The translations under genes were made by a program, and so were the position numbers. The notes under the pieces were generated by a model. That model worked only from the letters and a program-made list of their open reading frames with translations, did not search any database and had not been told where the DNA came from. A DNA stretch of 63,867 nt, filler included, from Collodictyon triciliatum (lineage: Eukaryota): assembly GCA_043381765.1 (NCBI GenBank). It is 9 parts of 9 records of this genome, joined end to end, with 100 filler letters (N's around TTAATTAATTAA, not from the genome) between each part and the next. Parts side by side here need not be neighbours in the genome. Positions count along the whole stretch, not along the records: positions 49,760 to 57,946 come from JBHJMP010003542.1; positions 58,047 to 61,223 come from JBHJMP010003612.1; positions 61,324 to 63,867 come from JBHJMP010003656.1; 6 more parts are not named here. One strand, written 5' to 3'. Of the stretch, positions 54,192-63,867 are shown piece after piece; position 1 is the stretch's first letter, and each line of letters opens with the position of its first letter.

Positions 54192-55592
54192 AAGACTCTT
54201 ATATCTTGAAAGATTTTTCTTTCTTTAAAAAAGAAAAAGAAAAATGAAGTTCAGATAAACAAAAATACACCAACAACTTTGGGTACAACTTTTGCTGAAT
54301 TAAAAAAAAAAACTAGTTGAAATATGCTATTTTTATTGATATGTTTAATTTAAGTAAGGTTTGAGTGTTGTACGCGAACATCGTTTTACATCAGTCTTGT
54401 AATTACGTCCAACATAATGTTTCAAAATCCTCAACGTACTGAGCGAACTAACAAAAGAGTTTGCATGTGACTTTAGCTGATATCCTTGCCATCGAGCATC
54501 AAAAACATCTTTTGTTAAAGCGCATGATATAAAATCATATTCCAAAAGAAAAAAAAGGAAGCCATTCGCTGGGGAAATACAATTGCGTCTAGGACGAAAA
54601 TGAGCTGCGGGTGAGATGGAAGAAAACACCCAGATTGTGTGGCTAGTTTTTTTTGTGTTTATGGGAGTAGTAAAAGAAGAATAAACCAAGATAGAAAGGA
54701 GAAAAAGAGAATCGATTGGTGAAAAAGAAAGGAGAGAAAGTGCTCAGACACGCAGAGTATTCTACCCCGTGGTTGTGTTAGAGACTGAAACAAGAGCGAG
54801 TAAAGTTGTCGGGTCTATGAAAGTACGCACATGGTTGCTTCTTCTCAAATCGGCTCCGACAAGTCCTTTCAATCATCTATCCCAGACAAGTTGTACATCC
54901 TATTTCATTCTACAGGGTGAGTCTTTTGAGGAGGACAACGAGTCATTCTCTTTAGGTTTCTTGCTGGGTGACCGAGACATGAAACCAGATAACGCGGCAG
55001 TTGTCTTTTTCTTTGTCCGTGTCATAGATGACTCGCATGAATCAACGCAAAAACACTATCCGCTCAGACAAGCTTGCGTGTGACTTCCTTGTACAGGTTT
55101 TTCCGAAGCTACGTGCAATCTGGACTTTCTCTGCCAGTGTTGGAACCAGAAGAGGGACTGACTAAAATGTGTTATAGAACCCTGGGGTCATTTGCACGAG
55201 TGGATAACCTAGTAAATACCTGCATCTCGATCTCTGTCTCGGTTCCCTCGTCAAGCTCTGAGTCATCGCCTTTCTGGTAATCAAACTCCACTGCTGGCCG
55301 CGAAAACGCATGACCACAGCAAAAGTCCTGATGAACATAACCCGGCGTTGCTTCTGCTTTGCTTCACTTTATGATTCTTGTTTCCTGTGCAGACGTCGGG
55401 TGCTGCAGATACGATTGTGTGTGGGTCTGAAATCGATGTTCTTGCGTCTACCAACAACAAAAAGTAAAATAAAATCCAAGGACTCTTGTTTATTTGTTGC
55501 ATCGTTGGGTTAGTCTTTGTGTTCAAGTAATAAATTTATAGAGAAAAAGAGGCAAAAAGACGGATGGGAGAAAAAAAGTTGTCGGGACAGGC

Positions 55593-57710
55593 CTAGACAA
55601 TCCGCCTTCTATACGCCTCTGTCATGCGCTGTGCCTCTTCTTCCGACAGTTTTTTTGCGTATGAAACGGCGTCATAGTCGAATTTCAATAATCCACCGTA
55701 TTCTTCTTCGTAAAGCTCGGGTGCAAAGTATTCGGCAAAGGCCTGATTTTCAAAAGTCATGGTTACTTTGGCTGTAGGTTGAATAAGTCAGCCAATTAAA
55801 ATATAAAATATGTGATGTTCGGTCTGCTCTGCTATTCTCATACTCTCATCTATGTACGTCTTTTTCTCTCATTTTATTGATTTTTTTTTTAGAATAAAAA
55901 AGAGTTTGATACATATGTATATATGCAAATGTATTATTTACAATTTGTTTGGCTGAGCCGGCTGTTGTGGCACCTGAGTGGAAGTTGATTTTTTTGCGGG
56001 TGACTTCATCCAGCAGCGGGTTAATCATCTGGTTTACATCAAGATATGACATGAAATAGAGGGAAGCATATACATCGCATGACTAAAGTTGACTTATTTG
56101 CCTAAATTAAAATAAGCAACAGACCCTGAAGAAAGCATATAGAAGGAAAGGCGGGTCCAAGTGAAATGAAGTTGCCAGTCTCTACAAAAGTATATAGATG
56201 GATGATATGTAATTGTTCAATAATTGGACAGCACGAAGGGGTTAATCCACCTTCATCTCTTAGTTATGAAACAGTTGCATTTGACAACTTAATACTTCCT
56301 ACCATTCTTGCTATTGTTATTATTTCAAGGGGCTGTGGGTATTTTGCCATAAAATCAATAATGTGGTAGTATTTCGATTTATCTTCACCTCTGGGTAGTG
56401 GTTTTGCACGATGTGGATGATGTCGTACACAATGGACATTCTCGCTGGGCCAGCCATGACAGGGGCATCTTTGTGATCGATTATCCATACTACTTTCTCG
56501 ACACCTATCGATGCGGATTATAGTCTCTAGTTAAGAAATTTAAACTAAAGTAGTAATTGCGTTTTATTCCTCCTAATTTTATAGTTATGTCGCTTCTCAT
56601 TTATCTCAAATATTAAGATATATTCATGCGCAGTGTAAAATTAGCTATGTATTCAGCAATAAATTCCCTTCAGATGGGTGTAAGTGGTAAGGCTTCGAGT
56701 ACATAAAACGTTTATATCGACCTTTTGTTGCGTCCATCATGCGACTACACTGTTCCATAATGTAGACCATGTATTTGACTTTGGGCACTTTTTCCTCCGT
56801 GTTGTCGAATCTCGGCTTCATGTAAACAACTGGTCTGCCTGAAGAGTCCTTTCCATTCACATACATTTTTCCTACAAGCAGAGGCGGATCGATGAGCAAG
56901 AAGTCAGTGTACATATTCACATGAGTGTATTATGGCAACCAAGGTCTCTATGTATGTATATGCCTCAGTACGCAGTCACCCTTTGTCCTTGGTTATTTAT
57001 AATACCTTTATTGTTCAGCTCAACAAAGATATCATCCACGGTAATCAGATGTGGCTTGTATTCTTCTCTCCATTTCAGGGTGCCACGAATCATATCCTCA
57101 GCCTTGAAAGTAATATCAGTTTGTTAGTTGCAATTTTTTTCCTTTATTCGAAGTTTCTTAGCTGTGATACTCTATTTGGCTTTGAAAGCTCGTATGTGTG
57201 TGTGTCATACAGCGATAGGGTAGAAATAGGATCATTCCGTCGAAGGAGAAAAGAGACCCAAACGCAAATTACTTTGTCGACATTATACTGGCGAGCTCTC
57301 AAATATCTCAGCTTGCACATGTCGTCGCACCAGTCCATTTGCTCTTGTAGAATACAACCAGCGGCTCTATGAATAACATATGTGATTATAAATATATGAC
57401 GAGAATAACGAACATATGTATCATAGAAAAAATGCAGGGAGGGGGTTGCAACCCGTTTTTTTTTTTCTTCCTCTTTGTTTCTTTATTTTCTTCTATTTAC
57501 CTTTGGTCAGGGCTTCGTACAGATTCCTTCAGTCTTCGGTGGAGTTCATCCAAGGCTGCCAACTATGATTGGGGAAAATGGTGTGACTTGGACGCCGAGG
57601 GTGTCTTCTCTATGAGAACTTTAGTGTTGTCTCTAGGTTTTAGCGAGGTTAAGAATTACCTGCTCTGTTGACAAACCCTCCCGGGGATTGAAAGCGGAGG
57701 TTCGGCTCAT
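55593..57710 (-). CDS. CRAL-TRIO/Sec14-family lipid-transfer protein (PDR16-like), multi-exon
   Basis: WCDDMCKLRYLRARQYNVDK|AEDMIRGTLKWREEYKP|GKMYVNGKDSSGRPVVYMKP|GVEKVVWIID...QNHYPE|RL...PP|INPLLDEVTRKKINF|...EEEYGGLLKFDYD. Confidence 0.92.
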
Positions 57711-57855
57711 GTCTCTTGAATGGGATCGGAAGTTGCTACTCGTTGACTTGTCTCGGCGTAGAAAACTATATGTCGTATAGTATGTGTTTTTTTTTGGTTT
57801 TTTGTATTTTGTTTTTGTCTTTTTTTTGTCTTTTTTTGTCTTTTTTGTCTTTTTT

Positions 57856-57946
<91 letters not shown>

Positions 57947-58353
57947 NNNNNNNNNNNNNNNNNNNNNNNNNNNNNNNNNNNNNNNNNNNNTTAATTAATT
58001 AANNNNNNNNNNNNNNNNNNNNNNNNNNNNNNNNNNNNNNNNNNNNTTGTTTTTTTGTTTTTTGTTTTTTGTTTTTTTGTTTTTTGTTTTTTTGTTTTTT
58101 GTTTAGTTTCGGTTGGAAAGTATTGCCATATATAAAGTACCGTATATAATCTAGAATTTTATTTGTGCGTTTTGTAACAAAGAAATGCGTTATCTCACTG
58201 TTTGCGTGTGATTACACTTCGGAGAACAAATTGGCTTTGGAACTGGCGCAGTAAGTAATGACGTGAGAAGTCAGTCCTGCCCTTTCCTGACGGCGCTAAT
58301 AAAACATAAGTAAGAACCCTTAAAACACAGGAAGAATCGGAACTAACGAAACG

Positions 58354-60222
58354 ATGAAAGTGGAAGTTGTGGAGGACATCGAACATCATCAAGTCGAGGA
58401 AACAGCCCGATCGGCGTGGGACAGGCCGGTGGAGCGACACGACCAAAGCACGGGTGTAGGAACTGTTGGTAAAGTATCGGAGGAGATACGAGGCGGCTCC
58501 TTGCCCCAGAAATTAATCACAAGTGATCGTGAGGAAGGGGAGAGGGGTTTTCCTGGATTGCCACAAGGAATGGACTCATATGCGCACTGCAAAAATAAGG
58601 ATTCATACAAAAGCTTCCTTCATCTTCAGCATGAAATTTTTGTTGTCAAAAAGGAAGACACAATCATTCGCCTATTTACAAAGAACAAGAGGATTGTTGA
58701 TTGTATTCTTTGTTTTTTCGAACCTAAAATAGTGAGATGGCTGATAGTTCTTGTGTGGGTTTTACTTTCGGCGATGGGGACTCTAGTTTTGATTGATATT
58801 GAATTAATGCATCGCTACGTATATCTGCTATTGCAAATATCATTTTGTGTCTTTTTCTTGGTATTTCAGTCTGGGGATACAGTTTTTGAAATCTCAATCA
58901 TGATTGCTCAGAGTTTCAATTTCTTGTATATCACGTTTCTTGGAATTGCAGAGATCGCTTGTGGCATGATGCTTTTTGGTCCCAGTGTTCAAGTCATGTG
59001 CCTCCATTTGCACTTTGCCATCAGCTTAATAATTTTGCTGTCTTCGGATGCAAACAAAAGAAAAGGAACTTTTGAAATGAGGTTGCTTTTCTTCTTCGGA
59101 ATTTTCTGGACTATTTCGTATGTATCTGTGCTCATTTTAGATTTGGCGCAATTTAAACAAGAGTCTGTATATTTTAGCTCCAGCAATGTTGAAATAATTA
59201 ATATTAAGCAACAGTCCATTGATATAATTACTTCCATGTCATTTTACATAATGAGAATATTTTACAACTACATGTCGAAAGACAAGCTTACTGTGGTCGC
59301 ATACCTGACAAAATTCTATCATTTGAAATCAGAAAGAAACAGCGACACAGCTCAAGTTGAACTACATGTCATTATCCCTCAATCTCCAATTCCAAATACT
59401 AGGACTGAAAAAAAGACCCAAAATGAATGGTTGAGAAGTGAACTTCAATCCAGAGTGGATGATTGGAGTAAGATTGCAGACTATTGCGTTGTCGGTGTTT
59501 TATTTGCCAAAGAATATTGCTTTGAATACAACCAAACTATATTTCATGTATTCCTCAATAAGTATGCAAGAATCTTAGGGGCAATTATCTCGTCGAAATA
59601 TTACTATCTCATCGGGACAGTAGTCCATGTCTTGTCATTTGCAGCCACTTTTGATGCTTTTTATGGAAATCAACTTTTTCAACGTACTAATGTCTCTGTC
59701 TTGCTAACAATCGTCGGCATAATTTTCCATTTAATTCAAATACTTACAACAAGCAATTTTTTCTTGTTACAGATGACCCTGAGGTCATTTGATTTCTGGT
59801 ACTTGGTTTATCAAAATGTCAGATTGTTTTTGGCGGCGGGTTTGATGTGTGAATGGGATTTTATGTTAGTTTATTGGACTTATATCGTATTTTCCGTATT
59901 TTGGTTGATAATGATTGATACTTTTCATGTTAGATACAGAAAATTGACCTTTGTTTCGTTGCTAGTGTCATTTTTTGGAGCAAGTCTAGCTATTGCATGC
60001 AAATTTAATCTTTCGGAGCCGCTTTCTCGAGAAAAAAATATTTACTTATTCGGAATCCAACTTATGTCATCAAAAGTTAGTTTGTCGTCCTCACTTTGTA
60101 ATATCAGCCTGTTTCTGATACGATTTTATTGGACTTATCGCCAGAACAACTCGAGGATGTTTTTCATTACAGAGCATATAAGGGTTGAGCAGGTGCCAGA
60201 GTCATGTACGTCACCCAATTAG
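58354..60222 (+). CDS. Intronless 622-aa polytopic membrane protein with two internally repeated TM bundles
   Basis: Long uninterrupted ORF with two hydrophobic clusters sharing a motif (IAQSFNFLYI / TLRSFDFWYL), separated by a hydrophilic linker. Confidence 0.8.
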   Translation: MKVEVVEDIEHHQVEETARSAWDRPVERHDQSTGVGTVGKVSEEIRGGSLPQKLITSDREEGERGFPGLPQGMDSYAHCKNKDSYKSFLHLQHEIFVVKKEDTIIRLFTKNKRIVDCILCFFEPKIVRWLIVLVWVLLSAMGTLVLIDIELMHRYVYLLLQISFCVFFLVFQSGDTVFEISIMIAQSFNFLYITFLGIAEIACGMMLFGPSVQVMCLHLHFAISLIILLSSDANKRKGTFEMRLLFFFGIFWTISYVSVLILDLAQFKQESVYFSSSNVEIINIKQQSIDIITSMSFYIMRIFYNYMSKDKLTVVAYLTKFYHLKSERNSDTAQVELHVIIPQSPIPNTRTEKKTQNEWLRSELQSRVDDWSKIADYCVVGVLFAKEYCFEYNQTIFHVFLNKYARILGAIISSKYYYLIGTVVHVLSFAATFDAFYGNQLFQRTNVSVLLTIVGIIFHLIQILTTSNFFLLQMTLRSFDFWYLVYQNVRLFLAAGLMCEWDFMLVYWTYIVFSVFWLIMIDTFHVRYRKLTFVSLLVSFFGASLAIACKFNLSEPLSREKNIYLFGIQLMSSKVSLSSSLCNISLFLIRFYWTYRQNNSRMFFITEHIRVEQVPESCTSPN

Positions 60223-61488
60223 ACTGGTTATAACAGTTATTCTACTCCCTCTATCACATTGTAAATAGTGCCCGTAATTTTTATTTCTGTGCTTTCAGAT
60301 TTCGGGATTATCATTTGCGATGCATGCAAGCAAAACAATTATAAAGGAAGGTGTAAATAACCAGTAAAAAACACAAAAGTCAATAGATACAATCCTTTGC
60401 GGTCTGTGTATCGTGGTATTGTTAATTATTTATTTATTTTATTTTATTTAATCTCCTATTGCCCATTTTTACGGCTTTCAGGAATTAGTCACAGGAAGCA
60501 AATGGAAAGTAGAACTTTATCACCATTGTTTTCCGCAAGTGGTATGTATACGCGGGGACTTGGGAACAGCAAATCTGTCTTCATCGGCGATATTCAGTGA
60601 ATGTGCAAATTTGTGGAATTATTTACATTTATAGGCAATGGACAGATACTAGTTTGCGACAGTAGGCAATATCCATATCAACACTGATTATGTTTTCCTA
60701 AATCAGCCTTGGATCCTAAGTGCGTTTCGTTTGCCTTTGATTTGCTCCGTCTTTTTTCCTCTCGCAAAGGCCAAACACGTCACGTCAAAACCGTACGCCC
60801 GAAGGCGAATCCATCCAAATATCCACATGGCTTCTCTGCAAGCAACACCCTTCTTTTCTTTTCTTTTTTCTTTTTTTTTTCTTGATCGTTCAAAATGATT
60901 CATTTCAACGGCCTTGTTGGTTTTGTCTCGTTTAAAGTCGTGCCCTCGGTTGTTGTCGATTCCTTCATGACTTTTGCTCTCAGGCTAAACTTTTTTTTTG
61001 TTTTATGTTTTTTGTTTTTTGTTTTATGTTTTATGTTTTTTGTTTTTTGTTTTTTGTTTTATGTTTTTTGTTTTATGTTTTTTGTTTTATGTTTTTTGTT
61101 TTATGTTTTATGTTTTATGTTTTATGTTTTATGTTTTATGTTTTTTGTTTTTTGTTTTTTGTTTTTTGTTTTATGTTTTTTGTTTTATGTTTTTTGTTTT
61201 ATGTTTTTTGTTTTATGTTTTATNNNNNNNNNNNNNNNNNNNNNNNNNNNNNNNNNNNNNNNNNNNNTTAATTAATTAANNNNNNNNNNNNNNNNNNNNN
61301 NNNNNNNNNNNNNNNNNNNNNNNTATATACTCTTTTTTTATAAAAAAAAAAAAAAAAATTGTAAAAAAATTAAAAAAAATACATTTTATTAAAAAAAAAA
61401 AAATAATTTTGTTGTTTTTTTTTTTTTTTTTTTACAATATATTGGATAAATGATATGGAATTCACTTATCCTTCTTGAATAATTGCAG

Positions 61489-63618
61489 TCGCCATTCCTG
61501 AATGTTTACAAGTCATATTGTTCCTATCACGAATCTGCAGTCAAGCGCGCTCAAGACCTCTTGCAATCAAGTCCTGAATTTCATGAATTAAATGAAGTAA
61601 GTAGTAGATTTTGTTTCTTACATCTTGAAACTGTTGTGATACCCAATCCTTGGAAACTTCTTTATGAAAAATAGACTATTCCCCGTTCCCGGTATACCTT
61701 TTATTTGATAATTAGTGCACTACTTCATATTGTGTTCAATTTGAAATGAAAACAATATTTTTCGAGCAATAAATTAAATACCAGACATGTTTGAAATTTG
61801 AACTAGGTTAATCGAAAAAATCCTGATTCGGGTGGCCTAGATATATTTTCGTTTCTTATTATGCCTGTCCAGAGAGTACCTCGTTACACTTTGCTTGTCC
61901 AGGTTGTTTATCTATACACCATATTATATCATAATTCATTCTTGAAAATTTAAGTTATGCTAATTTGAATCAATATGTTTTTAATTATCATACAAAGGTG
62001 ATGGATTTGTGATTGTAAACATTTTTTAAGCGGTATGATTAGCTTGGATTAATGGGGTCATCTTTTGCTTTTTCTTTTGATAAAAAAAAATACTCCATTT
62101 TTGTGTAAAGAAAGTCTGTAACAAGATATTAAATTACCAGGAACTAGTGAAACACACGGATACGACCCACCCTGATTACAAAGCATTGAAAACGGTCTGT
62201 AATATATTCATTCATATTTGATTATTTTTGTGAGATATTACTCTGAAATTTACTTTACGTTTTGTTAGGCTATGGATTGTTTCTCAAAACTAGCAACCGA
62301 AATCAATGAAGGCATAAGAGAAAGCGAAAATCGGTCAATCATTTTTGATATTCAAAATAGGTTCTCTCCTCCTCTCACGGTTTGTATGAAGAATGTTATT
62401 ATTTTTGAAGAATAGCCTAAATTAGATTACCTTTCAACTGACGTACAAAAAAAAAATAAAAAATAACACGGATATGCGATCATTTTGAATGTAGCCTTAC
62501 TGTATCAAATTTATCAGTTGGTGGAGCCTCATCGCCGGTTGGTTTACAAAGGAGGTATTTGGGCGGTTGAGAAGAGTACCAAAATTCGTCGCTACATATT
62601 TCTTCTTTCAGATTTATTTTTGGAATGCAGCCGTATCTCAGAGAAGGATCTCTCTCTTGTTCGTGCATTCAATTTTCAAGATACTAGCATAATTCGAGAA
62701 CTTCCGTATGGTAGGTCACATGTTTCATTTCGTGCAATTTTAACAAAACGTCACACTTGGCTTAGCCCTATTGAACTTGAAGTCGAATAAGGGGCAAGAA
62801 ATTCGCACTACCTACTCACCGAATCCTTTAAATATTTCCCTTTTTTTTTTCTTTTCTATTTTTTTCTTATAGCAACGTCATGATAGTAATATGAAACTTT
62901 TATTATTTACCCAAAACCTGAATTAATCATAAAAAAAATTCCTCAATCACAGAAAGATATTCTTTTGGATTATGCTCTGAAAATTTCTCCTGCATGTATG
63001 TCTGCGACGACTTTGAGAGCTATGAAAAGTGGACCGCTGCGATAGAAAAAGTGAAAGAGAAAACTTTGCGCCCAACATCTAAAGGTTTGATTTAGGCTTT
63101 ACTCCACGATGTGAAGTCGATCTTGCCGCACTTTGGCATTAATATTGTCATTCTTATCATCATTATAATTATCATTCCTTTCAGTTTGTGTATGATAGTG
63201 GATGTTTTGGCTTTGGCCTGCTAGCCATCAACTTGTGTATATATCTTAATTCAGTCGCTCCACAAATTTACTCAGGAGCCTACATCGATGGTCTATTGAC
63301 TGATTTTGCATTTATCTATTAAACTCAGCAAATAACCATGTCATTCCAATTTGGCAGCCTGATTACAGCTCCAATCGTTGTATGATTTGCAAATCTGAAT
63401 TTTGGATGCTTCTCCGCAGGGTTGTTGTTTTTTTCCATCCCTTTGTACGCTTATGCACTCAAAATATTATCACTCCATTGGCTAAATCCTCAACCCATCG
63501 ATAGCACCACTGTCGTATGTGTGGTAGACTGATCTGCGACCCCTGTTCTTCGAGCGTTTCAAATAACCAACAAATCGGGCGCGTCTGCATGGAATGTAAC
63601 AAAAGCAAGCGATTATGA
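61489..63618 (+). CDS. FGD-like RhoGEF (DH-PH-FYVE), 3' part, multi-exon
   Basis: DH: PFLNVYKSYC, FSFLIMPVQRVPRYTLLVQ|ELVKHTDTTHPDY, EINEGIRE. PH: LVEPHRRLVYKG...RYIFLLSDL. FYVE: PIWQPD...CMIC...LLRR|HHCRMCGRLICDPCS...RVCMEC. Confidence 0.92.
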
Positions 63619-63867
63619 GGACGATGACATTCGAATATAAAAGTGCCTCTTCAATTCATTATTATTATGATTGTTGTAATTGTTTTGTTCAATTTATTTG
63701 TCTTTTGTCTTTTGTCTTTTGTCTTTTGTCTTTTGTCTTTTGTCTTTTGTCTTTAGTCTTTAGTCTTTTGTCTTTTGTCTTTTGTCTTTTGTCTTTTGTC
63801 TTTTGTCTTTTGTCTTTTGTCTTTTGTCTTTTGTCTTTTGTCTTTTGTCTTTTGTCTTTTGTCTTTT

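Noticed and set aside
54760-55460. Possible short minus-strand gene between the secreted protein and the CRAL-TRIO gene
   Set aside because: Only short open segments (e.g. VEFDYQKGDDSELDEGTETEIEMQ), with no coherent gene model or motif.

Overview
Eukaryotic (protist-like) draft-assembly DNA using the standard genetic code, with many short GT-AG introns and abundant microsatellites. The window is not one locus. It is nine pieces (seven of about 8.2 kb in decreasing size, plus two shorter ones) joined by artificial N44-TTAATTAATTAA-N44 spacers, so adjacency across spacers has no biological meaning. Recognisable genes, from manual exon translation: Sds3/BRMS1-family corepressor subunit, class I SAM methyltransferase, a Roco protein (LRR-Roc-COR-kinase-SAM-like x2-LRR), a bZIP factor, SSNA1/DIP13, TMEM144, dynein light intermediate chain, a very divergent myosin-head-like gene, tRNA-Gly(TCC), an LRWD1/EED-like WD40 protein, a telobox Myb (TRF-like) protein, ATP phosphoribosyltransferase, a secreted DUF4114/Ig-repeat/FG-GAP protein, a CRAL-TRIO protein, an intronless polytopic membrane protein and a DH-PH-FYVE RhoGEF. 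The most notable feature is a decayed Fanzor (eukaryotic TnpB-like RNA-guided nuclease) at about 15812-16492 (-). Its 3' end carries nested and crossing inverted repeats that fit an omega-RNA scaffold, and it sits in the same scaffold just upstream of the exon-shuffled LRR region of the Roco gene. Exon boundaries and family calls are by eye; no database searches were run.
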